A DNA stretch of 64,000 nt, from positions 620,001 through 684,000 of the forward strand of contig JABVCE010000019.1 of NCBI GenBank assembly GCA_014905635.1, given 5' to 3'. Shown piece by piece: positions 41,791 to 52,535 of the stretch; position 1 is the first letter of the stretch; each line of letters opens with the position of its first letter. Under the pieces are notes generated by a model. The model saw only the letters and a program-made list of their open reading frames with translations, had not been told where the DNA came from and searched no databases. Origin of the DNA: Scenedesmus sp. PABB004. Its lineage: Eukaryota. The position numbers and the translations under genes were made by a program.

Positions 41791-44700
41791 TCATTGGCTG
41801 GCGCCCCGGCGCCGCCGGCGCCGCCGTCCGCCGCTGGCGCCGCCGCCCGCTGCCGCCGGCGTCCTTGTTGAGGGACTCGCCGATGCGCATGGAGGCGTCG
41901 CTCAGGGCCTTGACCTTGGCCGCAGGTCATCCAGATCCTCACCCTGGCGCGGGCACGGCACGGCACGGCGGGGGAGCGGGGGGGGGGGGGGGGGAGGGGG
42001 GGGGCGTCAGCGCCGGCGCCAGGCTCGCGCCGGCGCGCGGCCAGCCCGTCCACGCAGCCCCAGCCCCGGCGCGGCGCGGGCGCCCCTGGGTCGGTCCCGG
42101 GCGCCGCCGCGGCCTAGGGCCTAAACCGCAGGCCTGAACCTCCCCCGCACCTGCTGCGCGGCCTTGACGTCACCGAGGGCCTTGTTGATGTCGTCCACCA
42201 CCGCCTGCGGCAGCTTGTCCTGCAAGCAGCGCGGCGCGCGGTGCACGCGCGGCGGCGTGAGTGTGTGTGTGTGTGTGCCTGTGCGCGCGTCGGCCCTGCC
42301 GCCGCCCCCTCCCTCGCCGCGTCCCCCTCGCTCAGCGCGCGCCCCCGGCGCCTGTGCAGTCCTGGCCCGACCCCCCTCCTGCGGTCCCTTTGAACCCCTT
42401 GTGCCCTCAAACCCCCCTTGAATCCCCTGGGCCCCCCCGTGCCCCCTAAAACCCCTAAACCAATGCCCCCTGGGCCCCCTCCCGCACCTTGTACTCGGCG
42501 AGGCTCTTCTCCACGCTGTAGGCCAGCGTGTCGGCCTCGTTGCGCGCCTCAATCAGCGCCTGGGGTGTGTGTGTGCGTGTGCGTGTGTGTGTGTGTGGGG
42601 GGGGGGCATCGGGCAGCCGCGGCGGGCACACGGGCGGCGGGCAGAGGGCGGCGCGCGGGGCGGCGCGGCGCGGCGCCGCCGCACCTTGCGGCTCGCGTCG
42701 GCCGAGGCGTAGGCCTCGGCGTCGCGGACCATCTGCTGGATCTGGTCCTCGCTCAGCCCGCCTGGGGGCGGGGTTTAGGGGGGGGGGAGCAGGGTTTAGG
42801 GGCGGGTTCAGGAAAGGAATCGAGGGGGTGTGGGGGTGAGAGGGGCGCGGCGCGCGCGGCGGCGGCCCGCGCGCGGCGGCCCGCGCCGCCGCGAGTCCGT
42901 CCATGCGTGGCGCGGGCGCTGGTCTGCCTCACCGCTGGTCTGGATGCGGATGGACTGCTCCTTGTTGGTCGCCTTGTCCTTGGCCGAGACGTGGACGATG
43001 CCGTTGGCGTCGATGTCAAACGTCACCTCGATCTGGGGGTTTAGGGTTGAGGGGGGTTGAGGGGGGAGGGGCAGGCGCATACGCACGCGCACGCCCAGGC
43101 CGCACAGCCGCGCGCACACGCAGCCACACGTACACAGCCACGCGCGCGCAAGCGCAGCGCCGCGCACCTGGGGCACGCCGCGGGGCGCGGGCGGCACGCC
43201 CACGAGGTCAAACTGGCCCAGCAGCTTGTTGTCGGCCGCCATCTCGCGCTCGCCCTGGAAGACCTTGATGCCGACCTGGCGGGCGGGGTGTAGGGTTTAG
43301 GGGGATGGGGGCAGGGTGTAGGGTTGAGCGTTAAGAGGGAGGGGGGCAGGGTTCAGGGGGGGGGGGGGGGTGTGAGGGGGGCTGCATGTCGAGGGCGCCA
43401 GGGGCCGGCCGCGCGTGATCCGTCCCTCCCTCCCTCTGCCGCCCGCGCACGCGCCCCCTCCTCCCTCCCACACAAAACACGCGCGTGCAGCCCCCACCTG
43501 GGTCTGGTTGTCGGCGGCGGTGGAGAAGACCTGGGACTTCTTGGTGGGGATGGTGGTGTTGCGGCCGATCATGCGCGTGAACACGCCGCCGAGCGTCTCA
43601 ATGCCCAGGCTCAGCGGCGTCACGTCCAGCAGCAGGATGTCCTTCACGTCGCCGCGCAGCACGCCGCCCTGCGGGGTTTAGGGTGCGTGGGGGGCAGGGC
43701 AGGGTTTAGGGCGCGTGTGGGGCAGGGCAGGGTTCAGGGTGCGTGCGTGCGCCGGGCGCGGGCGCGGGCGCGGGGAGGCGTCGGTGCGGGCTGCGCGGTG
43801 CGCCGCAGCGGAGACGCCCAGACGCCCAGCGCCCCCCGCCTCCCCCGGCTCGCACACCCACCCACGCACGCACGCAGCCGCCCCAACCAACTGCGCAGCG
43901 CTCAGCCGCGCCCACCTGGATCGCCGCGCCCATGGCGACGACCTCGTCGGGGTTGACGCCGCGGCTGGGGTCGCGCGAAAAGATGGCCTTGACGATCTCG
44001 TGCACGCGCGGCATGCGGGTCATGCCGCCCACGAGCAGCACCTCGTGCACGTCCGCCGCGCTCACGCCTGACGGCGGCGGGGTTGGGTTTGGGGAGGGTG
44101 AGGGGGGGGAGTGAGGGGGCGAGGGTGTTGGGAGGGGGCGAGGGTGTTGGGCGGAGGGGGCGCGCGGGAGGGCGCGGGGCGGGGTGCGCGCGGGGGGGCG
44201 CGGGGCGCCGTGCCCGCTGCGCCGGAGCAGCCTCCTGCAAGCGCGCAGCGCGCGGCGTGCGCGCCTGCTGAGCCGCGGTGCGTGCCAAGTGGTACCGCGG
44301 CTCAAGCAGGCGCGCACGCCGCGCGCCGGCGCGCCGAGTGCTGCGCCGCTGCCGCCGGCGGCGGCGCACGCCAAACCAAACGGCCCCGTGAGCCCCCCTC
44401 AGCCCTAAACCCTAAAACGACCCCTCCAAAACCTCGAAAACCCCCTCCAAAACCCTGGCGCGCCTGCGTCTTTCATGCACTGTATGCAGGGCGCCTTGGT
44501 GCGCTCGAGCAGGTCGCCGACGAGGCTCTCCAGCTTGGCCCTGCGGGGCGCAGGGGGATGTGCGGGGCGGGGGAGGGGGGGGGGGCAGCGGGTCGGGGGG
44601 AGGGAGGGAAGGCGGGATGCCCCCCCGGCTGCAGCTGCCTCGCACACACGCACACACGCACACACACGCACACACAACACACAGATGGCAGCAGCACTCA

Positions 44701-46279
44701 ACTCACCGCGTGAGCGTGACCGCGAGGTGCTTGGGCCCCGCCGCGTCTGCCGTGATGAAGGGCAGGTTGATGTCGGTGCTCGTGGTGCTGCTCAGCTCAC
44801 ACCTGGGGTTTAGGGGCGCGCGGGGCGGGGCAGGGTTCAGCGGGGGCAGCACGGCACGGGGCGGCCGGCCGAGGGAACAGAGGCGGCGGCGGCGGCGCGG
44901 GGGCAGGCGCGCCCGCGCTGCTGCTGCGCCCCGCGCACTGCTGGGCCCCCGCGGCGGCGCGGCGCGGTGCCCCGGCGCGGCGCCGCGCGGCCCCGGGGCC
45001 CCCCGGGGGGGGGGGGGGCGCGTGCGTGCGCGCGCTCACTTGGCCTTCTCCGCCGCCTCGCGCAGGCGCTGCACGGCGAGCTTGTCGGCCGACAGGTCGA
45101 TGCCTTGCTCCTGCGCGGCGCGCCAAGGGGGGGGGGGGGGGGGTGAGCGGCGCGGCGGCTGCAGGGCCCCGACCAGCCGTGCCTACCCCGCCCGCCCGCG
45201 CCGCCTGGTGCCCGCCGCCCCCTGCCGCCGCCCCCTGCCGCCGCCCCCTGCCGCCGCCGCCAAAAAAACGCCCCCCCCCCCCCCCCCCCCCCGCTGCCCC
45301 AGCCGCCCCCCCCCCCCTCCTGCCCCTGCGCCCGCGTGCCCCCCGGCCCCCGTCCTGCCTCCCCTGCCCCCGCCCCCCGCGCCTTCTTGAACTCGGCGAC
45401 CAGGTGGTGCAGGATGGTGTTGTCAAAGTCCTCGCCTGGGGTTCAGGGCGCAGGTGCAGCGGACGGGGTTTAGCGCCGCGGCGGCGCGCGGCGGGCGCCA
45501 GGCTCAGCCCCTCACCCCTCCCTCCCTCCCTGCCTCCTCCCTCCCTCCCTGTCGCGGCTCAGCCCTCCCTGCCTCCCCCGCGCGGGTGCGGGCGCGGCGC
45601 GGCGCCCTGCGCCCCGCACCGCCGAGGAAGGTGTCGCCGTTGGTGGCCTTGACCTCAAACACGCCGCCCATGATCTCAAGGATGCTCACGTCAAACGTGC
45701 CGCCGCCCTGCGCGTGGTGGTGTGTGTGGGCGAGAGGGCGGGGGCGGCGGGGGCAGGGTTCAGGGCTCGGGCGGGAGGCTCCCAGGAGGAGCGGGCGCTC
45801 CGCCGCGGCGCGCGCGCTCCCCAGCAGCCCCCGCCCGCCCGCAGCTTCCCCGGCCCCGCCTGGCCTCGCCGCCGCTCGCTGGGCCCCGCCCCGCCTCTCA
45901 ACCCTGCCCTCCCTGAACCCTGCCCCTAAACCCTGCCCAGCCCCTAAACCCCGTCCAGCCCACCAGGTCGTAGACCGCGACGAGGCCCTCCTTCTTGTCG
46001 CTGCCGTACGCGAGCGCCGCGGCGGTGGGCTCGTTGATGATGCGCAGCACGTCCAGGCCTGGGGGGTGGCGGGGTGGCGGGGGTTTAGGGTTTGGGGGTT
46101 GGGGTTTTGGGGGTTGGGGAGGGGGAGAGGAGGAAGGAGAGCGTGAGCTGGGGCGGGGGCGGCGTGCGCTGCCCCGCTGGCGCCGCCGACGTCCCCGCCG
46201 CCCTGCCCACCCCCTCCCCCTCCCCCGCGTGCGTGCCGCGTCCCCGCGCCCCTCCCCCGCGCCGCCCTGCCCCGCACCC

Positions 46280-46329
<50 letters not shown>

Positions 46330-48245
46330 GGCCGGCACCGTCACGACCGCCTTGCTCACCGGGTTGCCCAGGAACGCCTCTGCGCGCCGCCGCGGGCACC
46401 GCGGGCGGGGCGGGGCGGCGAGGGTTTAGGTTTTGGGGACGCGCGATGGGGCTCGCGGCCGGCGTCGCGCGGGCGCCGGGCCGGCGCCGCCGCGCGCGGC
46501 CGAGGCGGCCGCAGCCCCCGAGCCCCGCAGCTGCTGCCGAGGCCTTCAACCCTTCAACCCTGAGCCCCCTGCGCCCCAACCTAAACCCCAGGGTTCACAC
46601 GACGCACCCGCGGTCTCCTTCATCTTGGTGAGCACAAAGGCCCCGATCTGGCTGGGGCTGTACTTCTGACCCCCCGCCTGGCGGTGGTGGTGGTGTGTGG
46701 GTGTGGGTGTGGGTGTGGGTGCGTGTGTGGGTGGGTGGGTGGGTTGGTGTCGGCGGCCAGCGCGGCGGCAAGCGCTGGGGCTGGGCGCGCGCGGGCGCGC
46801 GCCGGTCGCTGCCGCACGCGCGCACCTCGACCCACGCGTCGCCGCCCGGGCCGTCGATAATCTGGTACGGCACCATCTGAGGGGTTTAGGGGGTAGGGTT
46901 CAGGCGAAGAGGGTTCAGGCGAGGAGGGTTCAGGCGAGGGTGAGGCGTTGAGCGCGGGAGGGCGGCGCGGCGGGGCGCGCCGCCGCCGCCGCGCGGCGCC
47001 CGCCCCCGGCCCCGCGCGCTGCGCCCCGGCCCATCCTGCGCGCGCGCGCTGCACAGCCCCCGCCCCCTGAACCCCGCCCGCCCGGCCTAAACCCTGGCCG
47101 CCCACCTTCATCTCCTTCTGCGTCTGCTCGTCCTTGAACGCGCGCCCGATGAGGCGCTTGGTCGCGTAGACGGTGTTGGTCGGGTTGGTCACCGCCTGGG
47201 GGGTCAGGCGGCAAGGGGTCAGGAGGGGGTCAGAGGGTCGTCAGCGTAGCACGCGCGGCGGGGCGGCAGGAGTGGCGTCGACCCCATGCGCCGCAGCTGC
47301 GCCCGGCCCGCGGCCGCGGCGCGCGCGGGCGCTGGGCGCGGCTCCGGCTGCCGCGCGCCCCGCAGGCCGCTGCCGTCGCTGCCGCCGTCGCTGCCGCCGT
47401 CACCGTCGCCGCCACCGCTGCTGCTACCGCCGGCGCTGCCGCTGCCGCTGCCGCTGCCGCTGCCGCTGTGCCGCCACCGCTGCTGCCGCCGCAGCTGCTG
47501 GGTGGCGCCGTGCGGCCACCGCCGCCGCGTGCGGGGACGGGCGCTGCGCGTGCCGCCGCTGCCGTCGCCGCTGCCGGCGCCGCTGCCGCCGCCCACCGCC
47601 CGCCCGCCGCCACAGAGCAGCGGCGACGGCTGGCCGCGGCGCTCGCGCGCCCGCGCCGGCGCGGCGTCGCGCCGCATGGGCTCGCTGCGCCGCCCGGGGG
47701 CTGCCCGGCCAGGCGCTCTTGCGGTTCGCACCTGGCGCTTGGCCGGGATGCCCACCAGGCGCTCGCCGTCCTTGGTGAACGCGACGATGCTGGGCGTCGT
47801 GCGTTGACCCTCGGCGTTCTCGATGACGCGGGGCGTCTGCGCCGGTCGCGGAGGCACCACCGCGTCGGCGGCGCGCCTTTGCGCCGGGCGGCGCGGCGCC
47901 ACGCGCGGCAGGCGCGGCGCGGCGGGCGCACCTTGCCCTCCATCACCGCCACGCACGAGTTGGTGGTCCCCAGGTCGATGCCGATGACCTCATCCGCGGC
48001 CGCGGCCGCGGACACGCTGCGGAGCGGGCGGGACGCGCCTGAGCGCGCCCGCTCGCGGCGCGCGGGGGCCGCGGTGACCGCTGATGCGCCGCGCCGGCGC
48101 ACCTGATCGCCCGCGCGCCGCCAGCGCGCGCCAGCAGGCGCGGGCCGACACTGCCGGCCAGCATGCCCAGCGGCGCGCCCAGCTGCGCCAGCCCACCGCC
48201 GCCCGCAGCGAGCGAGCCACACGACTGCGCCGCCTGGCGCAGCAT
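41791..48245 (-). CDS. HSP70C: Mitochondrial Hsp70 (DnaK-type), about 21 exons; 3' end approximate because of apparent indels
   Basis: Presequence MLRQAAQ..., [104 protein letters not shown]. Confidence 0.96.
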
Positions 48246-48521
48246 GGTGAACGTGGAGCGTGCGTGCGCTGAGCGCAGAACGACGAAAGTGCGGGCGCCG
48301 CGGCCAGCGGTGCGGTCGACGAGCTGCTGCGCAGTAACACCGCGAGTCGAAGCGCCGCGAAGCCCAGCGCCTCCCCTTGCTCGCACGAGCAAGGCGCCCA
48401 TTCCCCCCGCTCCCGGGCCCGCGATCACGCCCCACGTCCGGCGCCGGCCGCTAGCCGCGGGCCGGGCGCGCGCCGCGGGGCGCACCGCAGCAGCGGCGGC
48501 GGCGGGGGCGCTGCCGGCGCC

Positions 48522-50066
48522 ATGCCGGTCATCCCCGAGAAGCGCCAGCTGGAGGACCACGTGGCGGGAGCGCTGGACGCGCAGTTCTGGGGCCAGGGCA
48601 TCACCGGCGCGCGGTGCGCGCGGCGGCGGCGCCGTCGCTCCGCTGCGGCCGCCGCTGCTGCGGCCGCGGCGCCCGCCGGCGCCCCGCCGGCGCGCGCGTC
48701 GCGCGCCGCGGCCGCTGCGGGCCCGGCCCCAGCGCCCACCCGCCCGCCGCCGCCGCCGCGCAGGGCGCTCACGGGCGCGGCGGTGACGGCGCCGGCGGAG
48801 CCGCAGCCGCTGCGCCTGCACGCGCCGAGCGGGCTGTCGCGGCCGCAGTTCCTCGTCGCTGCGCACGCGGTGCGCCTACCCGCCTTCCCTGGGTTCTGCG
48901 AGGAGCACGGCGGCGCGGTGCGGCGCGCGGCGCGGCGCGGCGCGGGCGTGCAGTGGGCGCGGCGCGCCGCGACGACGTGCGGCGCGGTGCGACGGCCCCG
49001 CTGCTCCGCGGCGCGCAGGTGGCGGACCGCGTGCTGCTGCAGTCGGGCGGGCGGCAGTGGTGGGGCGCGGTCATCGGCCGCGCCAAGCTGCAGCGCGCCG
49101 CGGCGCGGCACGCCGAGCAGACGACGCTGGTGCGCCGCGCGCGGGTGGCGCGCCGCGGCCGGCGGCGGCCGCTGCTCGCTGCTCATCGCTGCCGCCGCCG
49201 CCGCCGCAGCGGTCCAACCTGTCAGACCCTGACAACTACGCGCTCGCAGCCACAGGGCGGCTGCAGCTGTCACGGAGCACGAGCCTGCGCGCGACCGTGC
49301 AGGCGCGGCCGCCGCCGCCGGCGCGGCCGTGCGCCCGCGGCTGCCGTGCGCCGCGCCCACGGGGCCGCCCGCGCGCCGTCGCTGCGCCGCCGCGCAGGTG
49401 GACAGCCTGCGGTCGCTGCAGCCGCTGATGCCCCAGGGCGGCCGGGTGTGGGGCGCGGCCGCGGCGCAGGCCTCGGCGCCGCCGCCGGCGCAGCCGCAGC
49501 CGCCGCGCTGGCCGCACGCCGGCCCGGGCGGCGGCAGCGCGGTGCTGCAGCTGCGCCAGAAGCTGGAGGGCCTGGACCTCACCGCTGACCTGGCGCTGAA
49601 CGAGCCGGCGGTCGACGGCGTGCGACGCTACGCGGCCACGCCGCTGCGCCTCGCTGTCGACCTGGCCCCCAGCCACGCCGGCGGCGGCGGCATCGGCCGG
49701 CGCAGCGGCGCAGGGCGGCTGCGCGGGCTGCTCTTCCGGCTGGGCCTGCACGGCGCGGTCGCGCCGCTCGAGCACGGCGGCGCGCCGGCGGCCGCGCCGG
49801 CGCAGCCGGGGCAGGCGCCTGCGCCGCTGGCGGCGGCGGCGCCGCCGCAGCAGCACGCGCTGTCGGTGCATGCGCAGGGCGCCATCGCGCTTGCGGGGGC
49901 CAGGACGCTGTGGGAGGCGTCGCAGCGGCCGTGGCAGGCAGCGGCGGCCGACGCGAGCACGGCGCACAAGCGCGCGCAGCGGCAGCGCCAGGCCGCGGCA
50001 GCGGCGGCGGCGGCGGCGGCGGCAGGCGCCGCGGAAGCGCCGCCGCTGGGCCCCGAGGCCAACGGC

Positions 50067-50106
<40 letters not shown>

Positions 50107-51694
50107 GCGGCGGCCTGGCGGCGGCAGGCGCCGGCGACGCGCCCAGCTCGACCGGGGCCACGGCCGGCAGCTCGCCGGGCAGCGACGCCAGCAGCGCCTC
50201 CGGCGGCGCTGGCGGTGGCGGCGGCGACAGGCCAAAGCAGCGCGGGCGCAAGGCCGGCAGCGGCGCCAGCAGCAGCACCAGGGCGGGCGCCGCGAGGGCC
50301 GGCGGCGCCGGCCGGCGGCGCGTGCTGACGCTGCACGGGCAGGAGATTGCGCTGCCGCTGCTCAACCCGAGTGCGGTGCAGGAGGGCCTGCAGGACAGCA
50401 GCGCCGCTCTGGAGCGGCTGCGCACCGACCTGCGGCTGTGGCGGGGCCGCGTGGAGGCCGGCGAGCTGGCGGCCGTTGGCCAGCCCAAGCGCCAGCCAGG
50501 GCTGCTGGACGGGCTCACCCGTGCCGGCGGCTGCTGGAGCAGCTTCCTGCCCGGGCCCCACGTCAAGGTCGCGGGCCTCGTCGGCCTGCTCGGCCGCGTG
50601 CCCCTGCAGCAGCAGCGCCCCGTCACGCTGCCCGGCGCGGGGCCGCCGCCCCCGGCGGCGCCCAGCCTCGCGAGCAGCGGCAGCGCCGCGAGCCTCGCGA
50701 GCGCAGCCGCCGCGGCCGCCGGCGGCGACGCCGGCGCCGGCGCGGCGCCGGGGCACGCGCCGCCGAGCGGCAGGCCGCTCGCGCGCCGCGCGCGGGGGCT
50801 GCTCAGCGCGTCGGCCACACACCTCGACCGCCTGCTGCTCGGCTCCGCGCGCGGCCTTGGCGCGGCGCTCGCGAGCGAGAGCCTGCTGCGCCCCTTTGCG
50901 AGCGGCGGCGTCAGCGTGCAGCTCGGCGGCATGCGCGGCAGCCTGCTCGACTTCACACGCCTCGAGGCGCTGCTCGACTGCGGGCTTAACGCCCCCGACG
51001 CCGGCGCGCCGCCGCCGGGCCACCCCGGCGCGGCGCCCGCCGCGCCCGGCGGCGCCGCCGCGCCGGCGCGCGCGCGGGCGGCGGCGGCGGCGGCGCCGCC
51101 GCCGCCGCCGCGCCGCGGCCGCGCGGCGCGGGCGCGCACCCGCAGCACCACCGCCACCGCCACGGCGCGCCGCCGCGGCTGCCGCCGTCGATCGCGGGGC
51201 CGGCGCCGGCCGCGGAGCCGATGGCGGCCGCGAGCGCCGCGCAGCAGCAGCAGCCGCCGCAGCCCGCCGCCGCGGCGCTGCCGCCGCCTGAGGCGCAGCC
51301 CGCGGGCGGCGCGGCGGCGGCTGCGCCCGCGCCGCCGGCCACGCCGGCCGCGCCGCGCGGCGGCGGCAAGCACCCGGCGTTTGCGCTCGAGGAGCGGTGC
51401 GTGTGGCACGCGCTCACGCTGTCCGCGACGCAGCAGCTCGCCGGCCCGCTGCGCCTGCGCGGCGACTGGCGCTTCGCGCTCGACTCCTCCGCGCCCGCGC
51501 CGCGCGGCGCCGCGCTGTTCGCGCCGAGCGGCGGCCTCGCGCTCACGCGGCACGTCGCCGGCGTGCGGCCCGCGCTCGTGGACGCGGCGTACGGGCTCGA
51601 CTGCGTCGTCCCGGGCGGCGGCGGGCTGGTGCGGCTGGTGGGCTGGTACAGCCCCGGCCGCCGCGAGGGCGGCCTGGAGGTGCGGCTCATGTGA
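48522..51694 (+). CDS. TGD4: Trigalactosyldiacylglycerol 4 (TGD4)-like plastid outer-envelope beta-barrel lipid transfer protein
   Basis: N-terminal FW...LTGAA...LSRPQ, DRVLLQSGGRQWWGAVIG, SFLPGPHVKVAGLVG, LLDFTRL, TLSATQQLAGPLRLRGD and C-terminal LVGWYSPGRREGGLEVRL follow the TGD4 layout. GC donor at 49303. Apparent frameshift near 51060-51120. Confidence 0.85.
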
Positions 51695-51753
51695 CGAGCC
51701 GCACGGCTCGTGTGATGAGCCGCACGGCTCATGTAACGAGCCGCGCGGCTCGT
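51694..51753. repeat. Three tandem 21-bp units, each an 18-nt palindromic hairpin, directly after the TGD4 stop
   Basis: ACGAGCCG-CA-CGGCTCGT, ATGAGCCG-CA-CGGCTCAT, ACGAGCCG-CG-CGGCTCGT separated by GTG and GTA. Confidence 0.9.
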
Positions 51754-51849
51754 TGAGCGCGCGGTCGGTGGGGTTGTGTGCCTGCATGCGGGGAGCTAGC
51801 AGCGGCGCGCGCCTCGGACGCATGCGTCGGACCATGGTGACCGCTCGCG

Positions 51850-52380
51850 TTGCTGACCGCTAGGGGCGCGCTTGGGCAGAGATCTCAGGCCGCGGGACAG
51901 CTGCTACCGCGGCAGTGGCGGCTGCCGGGGGCGCAGCGGCGGCGGCGACGACGACGGCGCCGCGTGACGACGCGCGTGCTCGCTGCCGACGGTGGTGACA
52001 CGCGAGAGGGCGGGCGGGCATGCGCTGGGACGGTGCTGGGACGCATTCGGCGGCGCCCGGGCGGCGCCTGGCGCCTGGGAGAGCGGGGAGTGGCGCTGCG
52101 TGCGTGATCGTTGGCTCGCCGCCGCTGCTGCGGGCCGGCCCCGCCGCCAAGAGACGCGGCCCGGCCTCGAGGAGCGCTGCAAGCTGCTCTGGCGAGCCGC
52201 TGGCGCGATCGGGGCGGCGCGCGCGCGGGCGCGGCAAAGTTCGCGGTGGAGAGCTGCTGCCGAATTCCGGGTGAGCTTCGCACGAGCGCCGCTCGGGCTG
52301 CCGCTCCGCGCAGCCCCGCGCGGCGCCAGCCCCCGCCGCGGCGCCCGCGCGGCGCACCACGCAACGCACCGACCTACCCC
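51850..52380 (+). repeat. Long inverted repeat, left arm (partner 57065-57610)
   Basis: 52022-52079 is the exact reverse complement of 57367-57424, and 52181-52243 of 57203-57265. Similarity decays outward. Confidence 0.92.
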
Positions 52381-52535
52381 TACCCAACCCACTAGCAACC
52401 GCGCCCAAATAGCCGACCTAGCGGCAGCAATCACCTCGCGCCATCGAGCCCACCCTCGCACCAGCATGCCGGCCAGGCGCTCCGCAGCCCCCCTGACAGC
52501 ATTCTTGCATTGAGCTCGCCCGCATCCGGGCCAGC

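Noticed and set aside
41791..48245. Hsp70, SPF45, TGD4 or ALMT-like genes as pseudogenes or programmed-frameshift genes
   Set aside because: The shifts are mostly 1-nt losses in G/C runs in otherwise well-conserved genes, with no slippery heptamer. Assembly error is more parsimonious.
51694..51753. Mini CRISPR array
   Set aside because: Eukaryotic context, 3-nt spacers, no cas genes. It is a tandem hairpin repeat.
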